Source of the DNA: Candidatus Multivoradales bacterium
GTDB taxonomy: Bacteria > Acidobacteriota > Thermoanaerobaculia > Multivoradales > Multivoraceae
DNA: 64,000 nt
Reading direction: 5' to 3'
Assembly (NCBI GenBank): GCA_965223325.1
Contig: CBDCWI010000002.1
Span: 3,968,001 to 4,032,000 of the forward strand
Within the stretch, counting starts at the first letter, position 1, and every line of letters begins with the position of its first letter. The notes under the pieces were generated by a model, which had not been told where the DNA came from, made no database searches, and saw only the letters and a program-made list of their open reading frames with translations. This document shows positions 59,701-64,000 of the stretch, one piece after another. Made by a program: the position numbers and the translations under genes.

Positions 59701-59961
59701 CCGCTCTCGACGGGCTACGGCTTCGACTTTCGCAACTTTCAGTTCGTCGCCGGCGGCGAGAGCTCACAGTTCTGGAGTGCGATGGGCGCCGCGGTGATCT
59801 TCGGCCTCGGCTTCGCGACTTTCTTGACACTCATCCTGGTGCCTGTCCTCTACGACATTCTGCTCGAGCGTCGCGAACGAAAAGCGGACCGCGAAAAGCC
59901 TCATCTGCCGCGGCGCGTTCCCGATGCGCGGGTGCTGACGGCGATCTGGCCCGGCGAATAG
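56755..59961 (+). CDS. RND efflux permease (AcrB/SwrC-like)
   Basis: YPGASP, GMLVDNAVVVIENI, GIVVNNAIVL.D, R.RPVVLT..TT. Confidence 0.93.
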   Translation: MTLTGISLRHRTTVFFLMTGVFLLGVLAYAGLPRESNPDVQIPYVLVITPYPGASPVDVERQVTQRIEREIQGVDGLVTLRSTSLEGVSSINAEFASGGDVDAALQKVRDRVERAKPDLPRDAEEPIVQEINFSNFPVLQLNLAGDVGPMVLKQIADQMEDEIEVIPGVLGVDVIGGVEREVQVDVDPERLRLYGLALRDVVAAVQGENVSVPGGSLDLGDQTFSVRVPGEVTDPLAVGDFVIRAPGGLPVFVRDVALVRFGWKDRSSYSRINGRESVTLSVQKRAGANVIETVGAIKELVDERRRSWPESVEVAVMSDESAEIERMIGDLENNILSGLVLVVLVLMFFLGLRNAFFVGLAIPFSMLVTFVVLDLFGLTLNMTVLFGLVLSVGMLVDNAVVVIENIYRYIQEGETPYEAARRGTLEVGGAVTVSTLTTVGAFLPLAFWPGIMGQFMRYMPITVSIALLSSLLVALTVNPVLCAAFLRRDERPEDERKKPLAERLEERFLVPYRRVLERALAHRARVILGTFALFALVLVLFGFFNHGVEFVPETDPSRIWIDVDAPPGTRLERTDERLQELASRLGGLPDVSFLASASGAGSQNDASRPSQIGGNDGGAGDSNVGRLSIELEPLEERTQNSNLTMDEARRQVEGAPGVEIEISRKTQGPPTGDAVALEIYGPDFATLGQLAERIQQKVADIPGVLASDDDFDLARPELRIQVDRTRAARLGISTGVVASTIRTAVNGTEASTFRQGDDDIDITVRLAEAFRDSIEDLEGLTVASNEGQLIPLGEIATVERSVALPAINRKDRQRVVTLTAEVASTRVVGPVREETLRRINADPAFLPHGYSVGWGGQNEMEEEARGFLGWAFLYGVLLVMALILAKFDSFAMPAIISTSVFMSLIGVFLGLLVTGLPFGMIMTSVGVISLAGIVVNNAIVLLDYGEQLVERGFSRSEIVMRTGMRRARPVVLTAVTTILGLIPLSTGYGFDFRNFQFVAGGESSQFWSAMGAAVIFGLGFATFLTLILVPVLYDILLERRERKADREKPHLPRRVPDARVLTAIWPGE

Positions 59962-60037
59962 CAGACCGCGAGCACGGCGCCGGTGAAGTCGAGGGCCAGC
60001 AGGCACCGTATACTGTCTTCTCAGGTCGGAGCCCCGA

Positions 60038-60250
60038 ATGTCCCACCAAATCAAGATCCTCACGAAGCGGTCCCGCGGGCAGAGTCACATAGAAGACAGC
60101 GCCGTCTTGCAAAGAACCATCTACCGGCTGCGGGGTGTGGGCGTAGCTCCACGAGGGGTTCACCGCTTCCCGAGCCACGAGGAAGCGCAGCAGTGGCAGA
60201 TCCGCCAGATGGCGCGTATTCACGCCCGCCAGAAGTCGAAGACCTCGTAG
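60038..60250 (+). CDS. Small basic hypothetical protein (70 aa), partner of the downstream nucleotidyltransferase
   Basis: GGAG RBS; PRGVHRFPSHEEAQQW segment; overlaps the downstream gene. Confidence 0.55.
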   Translation: MSHQIKILTKRSRGQSHIEDSAVLQRTIYRLRGVGVAPRGVHRFPSHEEAQQWQIRQMARIHARQKSKTS

Positions 60251-60696
60251 AGCTGTGTAGGCGGCTGAACGAAGCGGAAGCGAGCTACCTGCTGATCGGT
60301 GGCTTTGCGGTCATTCTCCATGGCTTCGTCCGTGGTACGAAGGACATCGATCTCCTCGTCGATGCCTCTCCCGAGAATATCGAGAAGGTGAAACGAGCAC
60401 TTGCCTACCTGCCGGACAACGCCGCTTTGGAGGTCACTTCCGAAGATGTCGAGCGCTACGCCGTCGTGAGGGTTGCCGACGAAATCGTTGTCGATCTGAT
60501 GGCAAGAGCTTGCGGGATCGACTTTGAGGAAGCGATCAGGTCTGGCGGGCGCGAGGCCTTCGCGCTTGATGAAGTGGAGATTCCGCTGGCTACGATGGAG
60601 CTCCTCATTCGCACCAAGAACACAGTTCGCCCGTCGGACGCCATGGATGTCGAGTACCTCCGACTCCGACTGGCCGAGGAAACACCTCCAGGCTGA
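60193..60696 (+). CDS. Nucleotidyltransferase-fold protein (GG.A..HG..R.T.DID type)
   Basis: YLLIGGFAVILHG..RGTKDIDLLV, L..TK..RPSD..D. GTG 60193 with GAGGA RBS. Confidence 0.8.
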   Translation: MADPPDGAYSRPPEVEDLVELCRRLNEAEASYLLIGGFAVILHGFVRGTKDIDLLVDASPENIEKVKRALAYLPDNAALEVTSEDVERYAVVRVADEIVVDLMARACGIDFEEAIRSGGREAFALDEVEIPLATMELLIRTKNTVRPSDAMDVEYLRLRLAEETPPG

Positions 60697-60702
60697 ATGG
60701 GC

Positions 60703-61332
60703 TTAGCCAGTCACGGCTTTCCTGAACGCCTCCTGCCGGATCGTTCCGTAGACCGCATCGAGTAGCGAATCAGAGAGCGACTCGAAGTAGTTCTCGTCTT
60801 TGTACGAGCGGCCGAAGCGCTTGGCCGATCCATTGGCGAGACCCTCCCAGACGACTTCGCCGCTCTTGTTCTTGACCTTCCACAGCATGCTGACCTCACC
60901 TCGGTAGGTACTCTCCTCTTCACAGAAGAATCGCCGCAGCTCGCCTTCGATGATGATGTCGCCGCCCGACTCCGTGGTTTGCAGCCCGAAGCTCTCGAAA
61001 ACGCCGACGATGTTCTCAGTGACGAAGGCGGGGACGTCATCGGGAGTGGTGACGAGCTTGGGCTCGTCGTCTTCGATGTTCTCGCCGATCTTCTCCGTTT
61101 CGTTGCGACCGTCGACCAGCGGCTCGATCTGGAACTTGATCGAGGTCATCCCGGTGAGGTTGATCGAGTCGAGGTCGGCGATGTCCGTCGTCGGGCTCCA
61201 GACCAGGGAGATGCCTTCGTTCCTGCTGTCGCCTTTCTTCTTTTTCTTTTTCTTCTGCGCGTCGGCCGGCGCGGCGCCGAGGAGGGCGATGGCTAGCGCT
61301 CCGATGGTGAAGAGTGAGAGGGACTTGTTCAT
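60703..61332 (-). CDS. Hypothetical exported protein (YajG-like alpha/beta domain possible)
   Basis: AGGAG RBS, signal peptide (ADA/Q), poly-Lys N-terminus. Confidence 0.7.
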   Translation of the reverse strand: MNKSLSLFTIGALAIALLGAAPADAQKKKKKKKGDSRNEGISLVWSPTTDIADLDSINLTGMTSIKFQIEPLVDGRNETEKIGENIEDDEPKLVTTPDDVPAFVTENIVGVFESFGLQTTESGGDIIIEGELRRFFCEEESTYRGEVSMLWKVKNKSGEVVWEGLANGSAKRFGRSYKDENYFESLSDSLLDAVYGTIRQEAFRKAVTG

Positions 61333-61441
61333 CTTGCGTTTCTCCTGGCAGATGCGTGCGTCCCCAGGCTCCGAAGGAGCTGGGAGTTGAGACAGACTCT
61401 CGGGTCACGGCAATGAACCGCAAAATACCAGAGCCAGCCTC

Positions 61442-62719
61442 TCAGGCAGCGGCAGCTCGTTTCGCAATGCGTCCCACCGTCAAGCCTTGAACGAGGATCG
61501 AGAAGGCAACCACCACATAGGTCATGAATAAGATCAGTCCGCGCTCGTCGGAGGCCGGCAACGACAAGGCGAGCGCGATCGAAATGCCGCCGCGCAGGCC
61601 GCCCCAGGTGAGCAGGGTGACCGTGTAGGGCGGGTAACCAGTGCGCCGACCCAGAAGCGCAATCGGCGGACCGACGGCCAGGAGCCGTACCAGGAGCACA
61701 ACTGGCAGTGCGATGGCTGCGGCAATGACGTGTTCAATCTTGAAGCTCAGAACCAGCACCTCCATGCCGATCAACACGAAGAGCACGCCGTTGAGAACCT
61801 CATCGATCAATTCCCAGAACATGTCGAGGTGCTCGCGCGTGCGTTCAGACATGGCGAACAAGCGGCCACGGTTGCCGAGGAAGAGGCCAGCCACGACCAT
61901 CGCCAGGGGCCCCGAGGTGTGCAGCGCACCGGCCAGGGCATAGCCGCCCATGACGACCGCGAGGGTAATCAGGACTTCGACGCTGTAGTCGTCGATCGAC
62001 TTCAGCATCCAGTAGGCCAGAAGGCCGATCGCGAGCCCGAGCAGAATGCCGCCGCCAGCCTCGATCAAGAACATCTGCGCGACTTCGGCGGCGCCAAGCG
62101 ATGCGTCGCCGTGTCCTCCGTCGCTGTGCCCGGAGGATCCGTGTCCACCGGCGCCGAGCAGTGTGGCGAGGACCCCGAAGACCACGACCCCGACTCCGTC
62201 GTTGAACAGCGACTCGCCAACGATCAAGGTCTCGACCCGCTGCGGCGCCTTTGCCTGGCGCAGCAAGCCGAGCACTGCGATCGGATCGGTGGGCGAGATC
62301 AACGCACCGAAAACCAACGCCCACAGGAAAGGGATCGGGTAGCCGACCAGGCCGAGCAGCCACCAGACAACGATGCCGATTGTGAACGTCGAGAAGATCA
62401 CCCCGAGCAACGCCAGGATGGCGATCGCCGGCGCCTGCTCGCGCAGCGAACCGATATCGACGTGTAGCGCTCCTGCGAACAGCAGAAACGACAACATGCC
62501 CTGCATCAACAGGCGGTCGAAGTCCAGGCTCTCGACCAGGAGAACAACCGATTCGCGCACCGGCGCGGCGGCGGCCCCGGCGATGATGAGAAGGAGCGAA
62601 ACCACCAGAGCGCCAAGCATCACGCCGATCACCGTCGGTAGGTTGAGCAGCTTTTCGTTGGCGTAGCTGAACAGGGCCGTCAGCGTGATGATGATCGCGG
62701 CGGCGACAAAGAGATCCAT
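61442..62719 (-). CDS. nhaP: CPA1 Na+/H+ antiporter
   Basis: ISPTDPIAV, GESLFNDG, WGGLRGGISIALAL. Confidence 0.9.
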   Translation of the reverse strand: MDLFVAAAIIITLTALFSYANEKLLNLPTVIGVMLGALVVSLLLIIAGAAAAPVRESVVLLVESLDFDRLLMQGMLSFLLFAGALHVDIGSLREQAPAIAILALLGVIFSTFTIGIVVWWLLGLVGYPIPFLWALVFGALISPTDPIAVLGLLRQAKAPQRVETLIVGESLFNDGVGVVVFGVLATLLGAGGHGSSGHSDGGHGDASLGAAEVAQMFLIEAGGGILLGLAIGLLAYWMLKSIDDYSVEVLITLAVVMGGYALAGALHTSGPLAMVVAGLFLGNRGRLFAMSERTREHLDMFWELIDEVLNGVLFVLIGMEVLVLSFKIEHVIAAAIALPVVLLVRLLAVGPPIALLGRRTGYPPYTVTLLTWGGLRGGISIALALSLPASDERGLILFMTYVVVAFSILVQGLTVGRIAKRAAAA

Positions 62720-62784
62720 AGGCCGGGAGCCTACAACGCCATGCCCCGAGACCCTCGACCGGAGATGGGTATCATCGCGGAGCG

Positions 62785-63342
62785 ATGACCTGGATCAAGA
62801 CCATTGCAACAGGCGACGCCGGGTTTGACCTCCGGCAGCTCTATGAAGCGGCCGCCGACCCGGAGACCGGTGAGCTCGACAACATCATGCGGGTTCACTC
62901 GCTTCATCCCGAGGGCCTGCGCACCCACCTCGAACTCTATGCCGCAGTCATGCGTGGCACGAAGTCGTTGCGCAAGGTCGAGCGTGAGCTGGTCGCCCTG
63001 GTGGTGAGTCAGGTCAACGAGTGCCACTACTGAATCACCCATCACCGGCGCGGTCTGCGGCGGTTGCTCAGAGACGAAGCGCTCCTCGAGGCGATAGAGA
63101 GCGACTGGCGGAGCTCCGGGCTCGATGCCCGTCGCCAGGCAATGCTGGCCTACGCCGAGAAGCTGACACTCACACCGGGCGCGATGGCAGAGAGCGATGT
63201 TCTAGCCCTTCGGTCTGCGGGTTTCAGCGATCGTGATGTGCTCGATATCGCGGAGGTCACCGCCTACTACGCCTACGTCAACCGTATCGCCGACGGGCTT
63301 GGCGTAGCGCTCGAAACCGCCAGCGAGAGTACCGACACCTAG
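62785..63342 (+). CDS. AhpD/CMD-family peroxidase-related selenoprotein (CxxU), 185 aa
   Basis: Track ORFs 62785-63033 and 63064-63342 are in frame across a single TGA (63031-63033): VSQVNECHY-U-ITHHRRGL... Confidence 0.85.
63044..63064 (+). promoter_or_regulatory. Bacterial SECIS element
   Basis: Stem ACCGGCGC/GCGGCGGT (one G-G mismatch) with apical GGTCT loop starting 19 nt after the UGA. Confidence 0.75.
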
Positions 63343-63408
63343 GCTAGTCTGGATCGACCGTGGTCGTGACCCTTGTGGGTCGGCCGCTCGTTTAGGAGCC
63401 GCTCCCCG

Positions 63409-64000
63409 TTGTCCATTCCGCTAGTTGAAGGCGTCCGCCTGACCCACCGTTTCAACCCCGAGCTTGGCGCTGGCTCTGTCGTGGGTGTCGACGGGCGAAG
63501 CGTCATCGTGCGCTTTCCCGACTCCGGAACCGAGCTGCGCCTTGCCGCGTCGACCGATGCGCTCATTCCGTTCGTGCTCGAGCCGGGCACTCGTGCCCGT
63601 CACGTGCCGACGGGCAGGTCGGTGATTGTTGAGGAGGTTCTAGCCGACGGGGAAGCGGTGCGGCTGCTCGACGGTCAAGTCGTCGAAGAGTCTGAACTGT
63701 GGCCTGAGCCACCGGCCGACGGTCTGGTGGAGCGGCTTGCTGCGGGCAAGATCAACAATCTCGAGCGCTTCGCCATGCGCCTCGATTCGTTTCGGTTGGC
63801 ACAGCTGCGTGAAGCCGACGGGCTGGGGTCGTTTCTCGGTGGGCGTATTCGCCTGTTCCCGCACCAGCTCTACGCTGCCGAACGTGCCACCCAGTCCGAT
63901 CCGGTGCGTTGGCTGCTGGCCGACGAGGTGGGGCTGGGAAAGACAGTCGAAGCTTGCCTGATTCTCAATCACCTTCTGCGCACCGGGCGTGCCAGTCGCA
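63409..64000 (+). CDS. RapA/HepA-like SNF2 helicase, N-terminal part (runs off the window)
   Basis: AGGAG RBS plus TTG 63409; HRFNPELG.G, GGRIRLFPHQL, RWLLADEVGLGKTVEA. Confidence 0.85.
   Translation, partial: MSIPLVEGVRLTHRFNPELGAGSVVGVDGRSVIVRFPDSGTELRLAASTDALIPFVLEPGTRARHVPTGRSVIVEEVLADGEAVRLLDGQVVEESELWPEPPADGLVERLAAGKINNLERFAMRLDSFRLAQLREADGLGSFLGGRIRLFPHQLYAAERATQSDPVRWLLADEVGLGKTVEACLILNHLLRTGRASR

Noticed and set aside
1-64000. CRISPR arrays, tRNA/rRNA genes, transposases or integrases
   Set aside because: None were recognised on reading; a formal scan was not possible.

Overview
GC-rich bacterial window. An Acidobacteriota/Thermoanaerobaculia-like origin is only inferred, from gene content and a C-terminal FADSFES motif. 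Positions 1-34330 are a large Wzy-type surface-polysaccharide locus: gmd, CapD/PglF, two priming sugar transferases, DegT, GT2/GT4s, three O-antigen-ligase-family proteins, CpsB-Wzc-Wza, a beta-barrel, sat/cysC and VanZ. A RiPP-type cassette is woven into it. The main discovery is a 56-aa precursor-like peptide missing from the ORF track (32653-32823, minus strand). It has a YxxPxI leader, a two-Cys core, a C-terminal Ser-Ser and its own sigma70-like promoter. It is followed by a radical SAM/Twitch enzyme that appears to start at CTG, and converges on a PqqD/RRE protein, an HPr-kinase-like protein and an S24/S26-like peptidase whose catalytic Ser is replaced by Cys. A nucleotidyltransferase and an Asn-synthetase-like protein sit among the glycosyltransferases. 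The right half holds metF-metH-hisN, two sulfatases (one frameshifted), M61 and M36 peptidases, an LLM oxidoreductase, a beta-propeller protein, a K+ channel, a TetR-TolC-MFP-RND operon with a clear operator, a small ORF/nucleotidyltransferase pair and NhaP. It ends with an AhpD-like selenoprotein (in-frame UGA plus SECIS) that the ORF track splits in two, and the start of a RapA-like helicase. All calls come from reading motifs by eye; no database search was run.
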